The translations under genes were made by a program, and so were the position numbers. From an uncultured Gemmatimonadaceae bacterium (GTDB lineage: Bacteria > Gemmatimonadota > Gemmatimonadetes > Gemmatimonadales > GWC2-71-9), in the NCBI GenBank assembly GCA_964348385.1, contig CAYGCN010000001.1, positions 537 to 64,536 on the forward strand: a stretch of DNA of 64,000 nt. Reading direction: 5' to 3'. The notes beneath the pieces are model-generated. The model was not told the DNA's origin. It worked only from the letters and a program-made list of their open reading frames with translations, and did no database searches. Shown in pieces: positions 47,730 to 55,596 of the stretch. Each line of letters begins with the position of its first letter. Position 1 is the first letter of the stretch.

Positions 47730-48559
47730 AGTTCCGACGACACAGCGGAGGAGGCGGGCGACCCACCATCTCGCAGTGGGTGGAAGGTGGCAGGGCCTGG
47801 GTAGCCACGTGGCTCCCGGTGCTCGTGCGCCGAACGCCCGGAGGGAGCCGAACCTGGTTCCTCGTTGGTGGAACGCTCGGCGCGGTCGCGGTGGGATACG
47901 TGATCGCGGCGCTCGTCTTCTTCCCCGCGCCGATCTTCGCCACGACCATCTCGGTTCCTCGGGTCCTCGGCTTGTCGCAAGACGGGGCCGCAACGAGCCT
48001 CGCCGATGCCGGATTGCGCCTCGGACAGGTCGGCATGGAGAGCCACCCGACGGCCCAGCAGGGCCACGTCGTGTGGCAGGATCCTCCATCCGGCACATCC
48101 GTGACACGGGGGCAGACCGTGACCTTGGTGGTCAGCAGTGGGCCGCAGCGGATTCCGGTTCCCGACCTGAACGGCTACGATGCCGCCCTCGCAGAGCAGA
48201 TTCTCTCTGCCGCCGGCCTCGCGGTGGGACGGACGGAGGCGACCCAGGCACCGGCGCCGAAAGACGTCGTGATCAACTCTCGACCCCCGGCTGGTACGAG
48301 TCTTTTGCCCGGCGCGTCCGTGACCCTGGTCGTGAGCGTGGGTGCACCCACGATTCCTGTGCCCGACCTCACCGGACTGACCCCGCTCGAAGCCGACTCC
48401 GCGTTGGGCCGAGTGGGCCTCCAGCTCGGAACATCGGTGCGGCGTACCATGCCCACGGCCCCGGAGGGCACCATCATCGATCAGGATCCCGCACCCGGCA
48501 CCCTGAGCGCGCCCGGAACGCCCATCAATGTGACGCTGGCCCGGGGGAGCACACCATGA
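47726..48559 (+). CDS. Membrane-anchored protein with three PASTA domains and no kinase or PBP domain
   Basis: GTGA overlap with rsmB. It has a ~45-aa basic N-terminal tail, a TM segment (WFLVGGTLGAVAVGYVIAALVFF), then three ~65-aa repeats starting (I)(S/P)VP(R/D)(V/L).G and ending G..V.LVVS.G / VTLARG. Confidence 0.8.
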   Translation: MKFRRHSGGGGRPTISQWVEGGRAWVATWLPVLVRRTPGGSRTWFLVGGTLGAVAVGYVIAALVFFPAPIFATTISVPRVLGLSQDGAATSLADAGLRLGQVGMESHPTAQQGHVVWQDPPSGTSVTRGQTVTLVVSSGPQRIPVPDLNGYDAALAEQILSAAGLAVGRTEATQAPAPKDVVINSRPPAGTSLLPGASVTLVVSVGAPTIPVPDLTGLTPLEADSALGRVGLQLGTSVRRTMPTAPEGTIIDQDPAPGTLSAPGTPINVTLARGSTP

Positions 48560-49224
48560 GCGGCATCCGGATCGCACCGAGTGTCCTCAGTGCCGACCTG
48601 CTGCGGCTCGAAGAGCAGATCCGGCTCGTCGAGGATGCGGGCGCCGACTGGATCCACGTGGACGTCATGGACGGGCATTTCGTACCGAATCTGACCTTCG
48701 GCGCGGGCATGATTGCCGCCGTCCGCCGGGTGACGACGCTCCCCGTGGATGTCCATCTCATGGTCGAGCGACCGGAAAGCTTCATCGAGGCGTTTGCCGA
48801 TGCCGGCGCATCCGTGTTTACCTTTCATCCGGAAGCGACGCGCCACGTGCAACGGCAGCTCGAAGCGGTGCGTCAACGAGGCATGCTCGCGGGACTGGCG
48901 CTGAATCCTGGGACGCCCCTCGGCTTGGCAGCGGAAGTCCTCGATGACGTGGACCTGCTGCTCCTGATGACGGTGAATCCGGGATACGCCGCCCAGGACT
49001 TCATCCCCGCGTCGCTCGCCAAGATCGGGCGGGTGCGCAGTCTATTGGACGAGCGGGCAAGTAGGGCCTACCTCGAAGTGGATGGTGGGATCTCGAGCGA
49101 CACGATCTTCGCAGCCCGGTCGGCGGGCGCCGATACCTTTGTGGCGGGGTCGGCGATCTTCGCCGCGAAGGATCCCGCCCGGGAGGTCCGGGAACTGCGC
49201 AAACGGTGCATGACGGTGACGTGA
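48556..49224 (+). CDS. rpe: Ribulose-phosphate 3-epimerase
   Basis: ATG at 48556 (ATGA overlap with the PASTA gene). IAPSVLSAD, HVDVMDGHFVPN, MTVNPGYAAQ, EVDGGI. Confidence 0.9.
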   Translation: MSGIRIAPSVLSADLLRLEEQIRLVEDAGADWIHVDVMDGHFVPNLTFGAGMIAAVRRVTTLPVDVHLMVERPESFIEAFADAGASVFTFHPEATRHVQRQLEAVRQRGMLAGLALNPGTPLGLAAEVLDDVDLLLLMTVNPGYAAQDFIPASLAKIGRVRSLLDERASRAYLEVDGGISSDTIFAARSAGADTFVAGSAIFAAKDPAREVRELRKRCMTVT

Positions 49225-49225
49225 T

Positions 49226-49786
49226 ATGACGCAACGCGGTCAGTGGATCTTCGTCCTTGCGATCATCGGCATCCTGGGTGCCGGCTTGGTCGGCGGGCTC
49301 ATGCTCACTCCGTCGTTGCAGCCGGTGGGCGTGGAGAGCGAGGCACCCGACTTCTCGGCGGTGGACATCGCGACCGGCGACACCGTCATGTTCGGCAGTT
49401 ACCGCGGCGACGTCGTGTTGCTCAACGTGTGGGCGACCTGGTGCCTGCCGTGCGTGACGGAGATGCCGTCCATGCAGCGTCTCTACGACGAGCTGCGCGA
49501 CGCCGGATTGCGCGTCGTGGCCGTCAGCGTGGACGCGGCGGGAACCGACGACGTGCGCGAGTGGGTCACGGCGCGACAACTGACGTTCGACGTCCTGCAC
49601 GACCGCTCCGGCCGCATCGAGCGAATCTATCAGACGACGGGGGTGCCGGAGAGTTTCGTGATCGACCGTGACGGCGTGATCGTGAAAAAGGTCATCGGCC
49701 CTGCTGAGTGGGATCACCCCACCCAAATCCAACTCATGAGCCGGCTACTCGGCGCGCCCAATGCAGTGGCAAACCGCGCTCAGTAA
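49226..49786 (+). CDS. TlpA/ResA-like thiol-disulfide oxidoreductase (thioredoxin fold, membrane-anchored)
   Basis: N-terminal TM segment and the WATWCLPC active site (CxxC). Confidence 0.8.
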   Translation: MTQRGQWIFVLAIIGILGAGLVGGLMLTPSLQPVGVESEAPDFSAVDIATGDTVMFGSYRGDVVLLNVWATWCLPCVTEMPSMQRLYDELRDAGLRVVAVSVDAAGTDDVREWVTARQLTFDVLHDRSGRIERIYQTTGVPESFVIDRDGVIVKKVIGPAEWDHPTQIQLMSRLLGAPNAVANRAQ

Positions 49787-50705
49787 GCTCCGCACCAGCC
49801 TCCTCGACAACTGGCCGATCAAGGTCACGGCGCTGGTCTTGGCAGCGATTCTCTGGGCGGCCGTCGCGGCCGAAGAGCCGTCCACCCAGCTGGTCCCGGT
49901 GCGGTTGGAGCTCGAGCCGCCGGCCGGCCGGTCGATCGTGAGCAGTGAACATCCCCCCGTGCAGGCCCTCTACACCGGAACGGCGCGTGAGCTGATCAAG
50001 CTCTACGGGCAACCGCCGGTGATCCGGAAGGCACTACCCGACAGCATCACGGGGTCCGAGTATCAGGTCCAGCTCAGCATAGCGGACCTCGGCACCATCG
50101 AAGGGGCAGCCGTCAAGGCACAGCAGATCGAACCGCGCATGGTGACGGTGCTGCTCGACGACGTGGCCCAGAAGACGGTGCCCGTCGTCGCGCGGGTCGC
50201 GCTCGAGCCGGATTCCGGGTACCAACTGTTCGGGACCATCCTCGTGACCCCCAACGACGTCGTGATTCGCGGCCCGCAACCTCGTGTGGCCGACGTCGAT
50301 TCCGTGGTGACCGAGCCGCTGGAATTGCGCGGGGTCACGAGCCCCGTGAGCCAGCGCCTGGCCATCGACACGACGGGGCTCGGCGGCCTCCGGGTGTCAC
50401 ACCTGGATGTACTCGTCGAGGCGGATGTCGGCGGGTTCGCCGAAAAGGTCCTGATGGGGATTCCGGTGGTGATCGAGGCGACGCCGCCCGGCGGGTGGGT
50501 GAGCGATCCGCGCCTGGTGAGCGTCACCATTCGCGGGAGGCGGATCCGATTGCCGGCACTCACACGCGACAGCGTGCGGGTCCGGGCGCGGCTCCAGGGC
50601 ACGGCCCGGGAGACGATCGTCGGGCTCGAAGTGACGGCGCCGTCCGGCATCACCGCCTGGGTCACCCCCGATTCGGTCGTCGTCCGCCGGGCCATCCGTG
50701 ATTGA
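49761..50705 (+). CDS. YbbR-domain-containing protein
   Basis: The N-terminus DNWPIKVTALVLAAILWAAV is typical of YbbR/CdaR proteins. It is followed by repeated beta-rich ~80-aa modules. The start overlaps the tlpA-like gene by 26 nt, so the start is uncertain. Confidence 0.7.
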   Translation: MQWQTALSKLRTSLLDNWPIKVTALVLAAILWAAVAAEEPSTQLVPVRLELEPPAGRSIVSSEHPPVQALYTGTARELIKLYGQPPVIRKALPDSITGSEYQVQLSIADLGTIEGAAVKAQQIEPRMVTVLLDDVAQKTVPVVARVALEPDSGYQLFGTILVTPNDVVIRGPQPRVADVDSVVTEPLELRGVTSPVSQRLAIDTTGLGGLRVSHLDVLVEADVGGFAEKVLMGIPVVIEATPPGGWVSDPRLVSVTIRGRRIRLPALTRDSVRVRARLQGTARETIVGLEVTAPSGITAWVTPDSVVVRRAIRD

Positions 50706-51744
50706 CGTCGTCCTCGGCATCGAAACCTCGTGCGACGAGACGTCCGCCGCGGTACTGGTTCGGGACGGCCAGCACATCGAGCTTGCGAGCCTCGTCATCT
50801 TGTCGCAGGACATCCATGCCGTGTTCGGCGGGGTGGTGCCGGAGTTGGCCTCGCGGGCGCACGTGCGCACGATCGGTCCCGTGGTGCGACAGGCGCTCAA
50901 TGTGGCCGGCGTGAGCCTCGACGCGATCGACGCCATTGCCGTCACTGCCGGACCTGGTCTGGTCGGATCCCTCCTGGTCGGCGTGTGTTACGCCAAGGCA
51001 TTGGCCGCGACCGCACACCGGGCCCTCATCGGCGTCCACCACCTCGAGGGTCACGTGTTTGCCCCGACCCTTCAGTATCCGGATTGCGCTCCCCCCTTCG
51101 TCGCCCTCGTGGTCTCGGGTGGGCATACGCTGCTCCTCGACGTGCCCGAGTGGGGTCGCTACCGCGTGTTGGGCGAGACGCGGGATGACGCGGCGGGCGA
51201 GGCGTTCGACAAAGTGGCCGGCCTCCTGGAACTCGGCTATCCCGGCGGGCCCGATATCGAGCGCGAGGCGCGCCGGGGCAGAGATCGCTTCGCGTTGCCG
51301 CGACCGATGCTGGGAGACGGCTTCGACTTCTCGTTCAGCGGACTCAAGACCGCGGTACTGCACACCGTACGTCAATCGATCGACCTCGCGGGTGATCGGG
51401 CCGATCTCGCTGCATCGTTTCAGGCGGCGGTGTTCGACGTGCTCGCCGACAAGGTCGGCCGAGCCGTCGATCGGACGGGGTACCACACGGTCGTGCTGGG
51501 CGGCGGCGTGGCGTGCAGCCGTACACTCACTACGGTGATGACGGATCAGTTGCGCGGACGGGCCCGCGTGGTGGTCGCCGAGCCACGGCTCAACGCGGAC
51601 AACGCCGCCATGATCGCTCGCGCCGGGTGGTTTCGCCTCGAACGCGGCGAGCGCAGCGATGCCTATCTGGACGCCGACCCACGACTGCCGTGGCCGGGTC
51701 TCGAGCGGGGGCCGGTCCCCGTCCCTGCCGGAGGACCGTCATGA
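50698..51744 (+). CDS. tsaD: tRNA N6-adenosine threonylcarbamoyltransferase TsaD
   Basis: VLGIETSCDETSAAV, GVHHLEGH, GETRDDAAGEAFDKVA. Confidence 0.9.
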   Translation: MIDVVLGIETSCDETSAAVLVRDGQHIELASLVILSQDIHAVFGGVVPELASRAHVRTIGPVVRQALNVAGVSLDAIDAIAVTAGPGLVGSLLVGVCYAKALAATAHRALIGVHHLEGHVFAPTLQYPDCAPPFVALVVSGGHTLLLDVPEWGRYRVLGETRDDAAGEAFDKVAGLLELGYPGGPDIEREARRGRDRFALPRPMLGDGFDFSFSGLKTAVLHTVRQSIDLAGDRADLAASFQAAVFDVLADKVGRAVDRTGYHTVVLGGGVACSRTLTTVMTDQLRGRARVVVAEPRLNADNAAMIARAGWFRLERGERSDAYLDADPRLPWPGLERGPVPVPAGGPS

Positions 51745-52586
51745 CCGTCTACCCGTTCGTCATCCGGCTCGGCCCCCTGGAGATCACCGGGTTCGGCATC
51801 ATGGTCATGATGGGCTTCTTCATGGCCGGATGGGTCATGCAGCAGCGCCTGCGAGAACTTCACCGGAGCGACCACTACGCGTGGGACATCGTCGTGGCCG
51901 CCGTGATCGGCGGTCTGGTCGGGGCGAAACTCTGGTATGCGGGCCTGTACGGTCCGCGTACCCTGTTTGAACGGGCGGGACTGGTCTGGTACGGCGGCCT
52001 CCTCGGAGGCGCGGCTGCGGTGCTGCTCAGTGGCTGGTGGCGCCGCGTGCCCACACGCTTCACCCTCGATCTGGCAGCGCCGGCCTTGGCCGTCGGTCAG
52101 GCGCTCGGCCGCGTGGGCTGCTTCCTGGTGCAGGACGACTACGGCGTACCTACGTCATTGCCGTGGGGCATGAAGTTTCCGGAAGGACTCCCGCCGTCCA
52201 CCGCGCAGAACCTCGCTGCCTGGGGTGTGCAGGCTCCACCTGACGTGAGCCCGTTCGAGGTGCTCGCGGTGCACCCCACACAGCTCTACGAGGCCGCGGC
52301 CCTGCTGTTGGCCTTCTGGCTGTTGTGGCGTCTCCGTACCCATCCGCGGGGAACGGGATGGCTGTTCGGGCTGTACCTCATGCTCGCCGGGACGGAGCGC
52401 TTTCTGGTCGAGTTCATCCGGGCCAAGGACGACCGGTTCTTCGGCACCTTCTCCCTGGCTCAGCTCACGAGCCTCGCCGCCGTCGCGGTGGGCTCGGTTC
52501 TGGCGGCCCACTTCCAGAACAAACCGGCCGTCGAGCTGGACCGCGTGGACGCCTTGAAGCCGCCGTCCGGATCGTCAGGCCGCTAG
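51741..52586 (+). CDS. lgt: Phosphatidylglycerol--prolipoprotein diacylglyceryl transferase
   Basis: ATG at 51741 (ATGA overlap with tsaD). GFGIMVMMGF, WYGGLLGG, GRVGCFL, HPTQLYEA. Confidence 0.85.
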   Translation: MTVYPFVIRLGPLEITGFGIMVMMGFFMAGWVMQQRLRELHRSDHYAWDIVVAAVIGGLVGAKLWYAGLYGPRTLFERAGLVWYGGLLGGAAAVLLSGWWRRVPTRFTLDLAAPALAVGQALGRVGCFLVQDDYGVPTSLPWGMKFPEGLPPSTAQNLAAWGVQAPPDVSPFEVLAVHPTQLYEAAALLLAFWLLWRLRTHPRGTGWLFGLYLMLAGTERFLVEFIRAKDDRFFGTFSLAQLTSLAAVAVGSVLAAHFQNKPAVELDRVDALKPPSGSSGR

Positions 52587-52619
52587 CGACCCGCTTCGAA
52601 CAGGGGCATCCTCAGCGGC

Positions 52620-53468
52620 TCATCGGTCGGACGCCGGCGATTCGGCAAGCGCCACGCGCATCTCGTTGGCTGACTGCCATCGGTCGGCCGGCGCGCTCTT
52701 GAGGGCCTTCTCGATGACCAGCGCGAGCGGCTCGGGCGTATCACGCCGGAACCCGCGAATGTCCGGTGCCGGAGTCTCGAGATGCATCCGCAACACCACC
52801 TCCTCCCGCTGTGCCGTGTGCGGCGGTCGCCCGGCGAGACATTCGAACAGGACGCAGCCGAGCGAGTAGATGTCGCTGCGCTCGTCGATATCGACCTGCC
52901 CCTGCACCTGCTCGGGGCTCATGTAGCACGACGTGCCGATCGCGAACCCGGACCGCGTAATGCGATCGGTGCCGGCCTGCAGGATGGCACGCGCGATCCC
53001 GAAATCGAGGAGGACGGCGCCCCGCGGGGTCAGCATGATGTTCTCCGGTTTGACGTCCCGATGCACGATCCCCTTGGCGTGCGCGTACTCGAGCGCATCG
53101 AGCATGTCGACCGCAATGCGCTGGGTATCCGAGATGGAGACCTGGCGGACATGCGTCAGATGCTGCTTCAAGTTGGGGCCGTCGATGAACGGCATGACGT
53201 AGTAGATCAGCCAGTCATTCTCACCGCAGTCGATCAGCCTACCGATGTGCGGATGCTCGATATCGGAGAGGATGGAGATTTCCCGCAGAAAACGGTCCGC
53301 CACAACCGAAACGGCCAGTTGCGGATGGAGAACCTTGAGGGCGACCGGTCGCTGGTCCTTGTCGTGCGCGAGAAACACTCTTGCGGCACCGCCGCGCGCA
53401 ATCTCGCGATCGACGACGTAGCGACCCTCGAGTGCGCGGCGGACGATGGGAAGGAAGTCGCGGCGAAT
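52620..53468 (-). CDS. Minimal Ser/Thr protein kinase (catalytic domain only), probable non-canonical ATT start
   Basis: HRDVKPENIM, DFGIA, YMSPEQ. The track starts at GTG 53378. The 32 in-frame codons upstream (stop at 53475-53477) encode GTIRRDFLPIVRRALEGRYVVDREIARGGAAR, which includes the Gly-rich ATP loop, and contain no ATG, GTG or TTG. ATT at 53466-53468 has GAGGGA just upstream. The 5' boundary is uncertain. Confidence 0.7.
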   Translation of the reverse strand: MRRDFLPIVRRALEGRYVVDREIARGGAARVFLAHDKDQRPVALKVLHPQLAVSVVADRFLREISILSDIEHPHIGRLIDCGENDWLIYYVMPFIDGPNLKQHLTHVRQVSISDTQRIAVDMLDALEYAHAKGIVHRDVKPENIMLTPRGAVLLDFGIARAILQAGTDRITRSGFAIGTSCYMSPEQVQGQVDIDERSDIYSLGCVLFECLAGRPPHTAQREEVVLRMHLETPAPDIRGFRRDTPEPLALVIEKALKSAPADRWQSANEMRVALAESPASDR

Positions 53469-53583
53469 GGTCCCTCACTCGTTGGGCTGTTCTATAGTGC
53501 GCGACCCACACAACCGGTGCAAGGCGATTGCAATGGGCATCACATGGCGGCGATGTGCCGGTGGCGCTCGCTCCGGAACGGCG

Positions 53584-53967
53584 TCACCCGAGCAGGATGA
53601 CGACGGCTGCGGCGTGCCCGTGTTCGTGGGTGAGCGACACCATGGAGGAGCGGACGCCGAGTCGCTCGGCGTGCAGGCGCGCTCTGCCGTGCAGGTGCAG
53701 GATGGGCCGGCCGTCGGTCTCCCGTCGTACTTCGAGCTCCGTCCACCAGATGCGGCGCGCATCGGCCTCGCCGGCCAGCGCCTTGAACGCGGCTTCCTTG
53801 GCCGCCAGACGGGCGGCGATGTGAATGGCAGGAACGGCGCGGGTCGTGCAGTACTCACGCTCGTCCGGTGTCAGCAGTCGGTCCAGCGCTCGGTCCCCAT
53901 AGCGCTCGAGCAATCGGCGCACACGGGACACGTCGACCAGATCGATGCCGAGACCGAGCACCGTCAT
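53584..53967 (-). CDS. acpS: Holo-[acyl-carrier-protein] synthase
   Basis: GLGIDLVDVSRV, AARLAAKEAAFKA, SLTHE. Confidence 0.85.
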   Translation of the reverse strand: MTVLGLGIDLVDVSRVRRLLERYGDRALDRLLTPDEREYCTTRAVPAIHIAARLAAKEAAFKALAGEADARRIWWTELEVRRETDGRPILHLHGRARLHAERLGVRSSMVSLTHEHGHAAAVVILLG

Positions 53968-53968
53968 G

Positions 53969-54706
53969 TCAGAAGACCCGTTGCCATAGGGATGTGAGCC
54001 ACTCGGGCGATGCCACGTACCCGCCGAGAACGAGCCCGAACCACGTCGCCCCGGTGAGAGCCAGCACGCCGACGAGCACGACCGGCCAGAGCGAACGACG
54101 CCACTGAGCCACGTCGGACGCGACGAGTTCCCACCGCACAGATTCGCGCTCGATCGTCTCCTCCAGGGCGAGCCAGGCGGCCTCGAGCCGTCGACCGGTC
54201 GTGGTGAGGGCTTCTTGCCATGCCGTCAAAGCCATCGGCTCGGTTCCCGTGGCCAACACGAGCGCAGCGGCGCTCCGCTCCACGGCGTCGAGGGCCGCGA
54301 CGAGCCCTGCCCCGGCGGAGCCCAGCCGCGCAGTGACCGCCCGTCGGTCCACCGTCCCCGGGCCAAGCCGGCGACGACGTCGGCGCGGCATGCGAACCGC
54401 CTGCGCCTCGGCCTGAATGCGCCGGGAAGCTCGGCCAACGAGCAGGTCTGCCGCGCCCCGAACCGCTTCCTCCCACGCTTCCAGCCAGGCTGCTCGGCCG
54501 AGCGCGCCGACGGCCTCCTGGCGTTGCTCCCTTGCGGCAAGCCGTCTCGATTCGCCGGCACGCTCGAACAGGCGCGTGACCAAGCGAATGCGCACGGCAT
54601 CGAGCCGCAGCCCTCCGGGCGTGCGTCCGGTTCCGGTCACGAGCTTGCCCAGGTGTGGGCCCAGCTCCGGAACCCTGAGGGGTTGGAGCGCTCTCGAGAT
54701 GGTCAC
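53969..54706 (-). CDS. Hypothetical helical protein with a C-terminal transmembrane anchor
   Basis: Track ORF 53969..54844 trimmed to the GTG at 54704-54706 (GTGA overlap with the HAD gene stop). It is Ala/Arg/Glu-rich with helical character. C-terminal TM segment LWPVVLVGVLALTGATWFGLVLGG. The stop lies 1 nt before the acpS ATG. Confidence 0.5.
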   Translation of the reverse strand: MTISRALQPLRVPELGPHLGKLVTGTGRTPGGLRLDAVRIRLVTRLFERAGESRRLAAREQRQEAVGALGRAAWLEAWEEAVRGAADLLVGRASRRIQAEAQAVRMPRRRRRRLGPGTVDRRAVTARLGSAGAGLVAALDAVERSAAALVLATGTEPMALTAWQEALTTTGRRLEAAWLALEETIERESVRWELVASDVAQWRRSLWPVVLVGVLALTGATWFGLVLGGYVASPEWLTSLWQRVF

Positions 54707-55410
54707 GCGTAGATGGCGTTGATGACCGCGTCCGTGTGGCTGAGATCCTCGAAGGCGACGTCCGCGCCTGCCGCGAGCAGATCCACCACCGAATGGCGTC
54801 CGGTCGCAACGCCAAGGGCGCGGGCGCCGACGCCCTGGCCGCACGTCATGTCCGCCGGCGTATCCCCGATGATGACGATCTCACGACCCTGCGGCACGCG
54901 CCCCATGAGCGGGGCGGCCCGGGCCGCCGCGATGGCCGGTAGCTCCGCCCGCATGGCCGAGTCGGATCCGAAGGCCCCCACCCGGAAGCGTGCGGGATCC
55001 ACACCGGCCGCGACGAGCTTTAGCTCGGCTCCCATCGCGAGGTTCCCGGTCAAGAGACCCAATAGCGCATCGTGGCGCTGTTCCACGGCAGCAAGCAGGT
55101 CGGCGATTCCGGGATAGAGACGGATGCCAGTCTTGCGGCTGCTCAGCTCGACCCTCAACAACTCCAAATAGCGGCGACACACGGCCGAAATGCGCGACTC
55201 GCTCTCGGCATCCGGGTGGCCGGCTGCGGACATCAGTTCGACCACGATTTGAGGATCGGTCTTGCCGTCGAACCGGTACCCCTCGATCGGGCCGGTGGCA
55301 CCGATCTCGTCCATCAGGGCTCGCCCGATAGCGGACCGGCCCGCGCCGGCCGACCACAGCAGCGTACCGTCGATGTCGAACAGTACGAGTCTGCTGTATG
55401 CGCTACCCAT
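54703..55410 (-). CDS. HAD-superfamily hydrolase (phosphoglycolate-phosphatase-like)
   Basis: Motif I LVLFDIDGTLL, motif II LLTGN, motif IV IIGDTPADM. Confidence 0.8.
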   Translation of the reverse strand: MGSAYSRLVLFDIDGTLLWSAGAGRSAIGRALMDEIGATGPIEGYRFDGKTDPQIVVELMSAAGHPDAESESRISAVCRRYLELLRVELSSRKTGIRLYPGIADLLAAVEQRHDALLGLLTGNLAMGAELKLVAAGVDPARFRVGAFGSDSAMRAELPAIAAARAAPLMGRVPQGREIVIIGDTPADMTCGQGVGARALGVATGRHSVVDLLAAGADVAFEDLSHTDAVINAIYA

Positions 55411-55585
55411 CGTGCTGTGCCGTGCCCCCTTGCGCGGTCGCTTGGCAGGTCTTGCACAGCATCACACCGCGCATGTTGCAAATGACGCAGATGAACGCGC
55501 CACACTCGGCGCACGGATAGCCTTCGGACGCACGCTCCTCGTTGCCGCAGGCGCGGCAGATCATGATATCGGTTTCTTGACCCAT
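55403..55585 (-). CDS. 60-aa cysteine-rich protein with four CxxC pairs (double zinc-ribbon-like)
   Basis: The C-terminal 60 codons of the otherwise spurious 331-aa track ORF 55403..56398. ATG at 55583-55585 with GGGAG 5 nt upstream. Translation: MGQETDIMICRACGNEERASEGYPCAECGAFICVICNMRGVMLCKTCQATAQGGTAQHDG. It exactly fills the gap between the lipid-kinase stop (55597) and the HAD start (55410). Confidence 0.5.
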   Translation of the reverse strand: MGQETDIMICRACGNEERASEGYPCAECGAFICVICNMRGVMLCKTCQATAQGGTAQHDG

Positions 55586-55596
55586 GACGACTCCCA

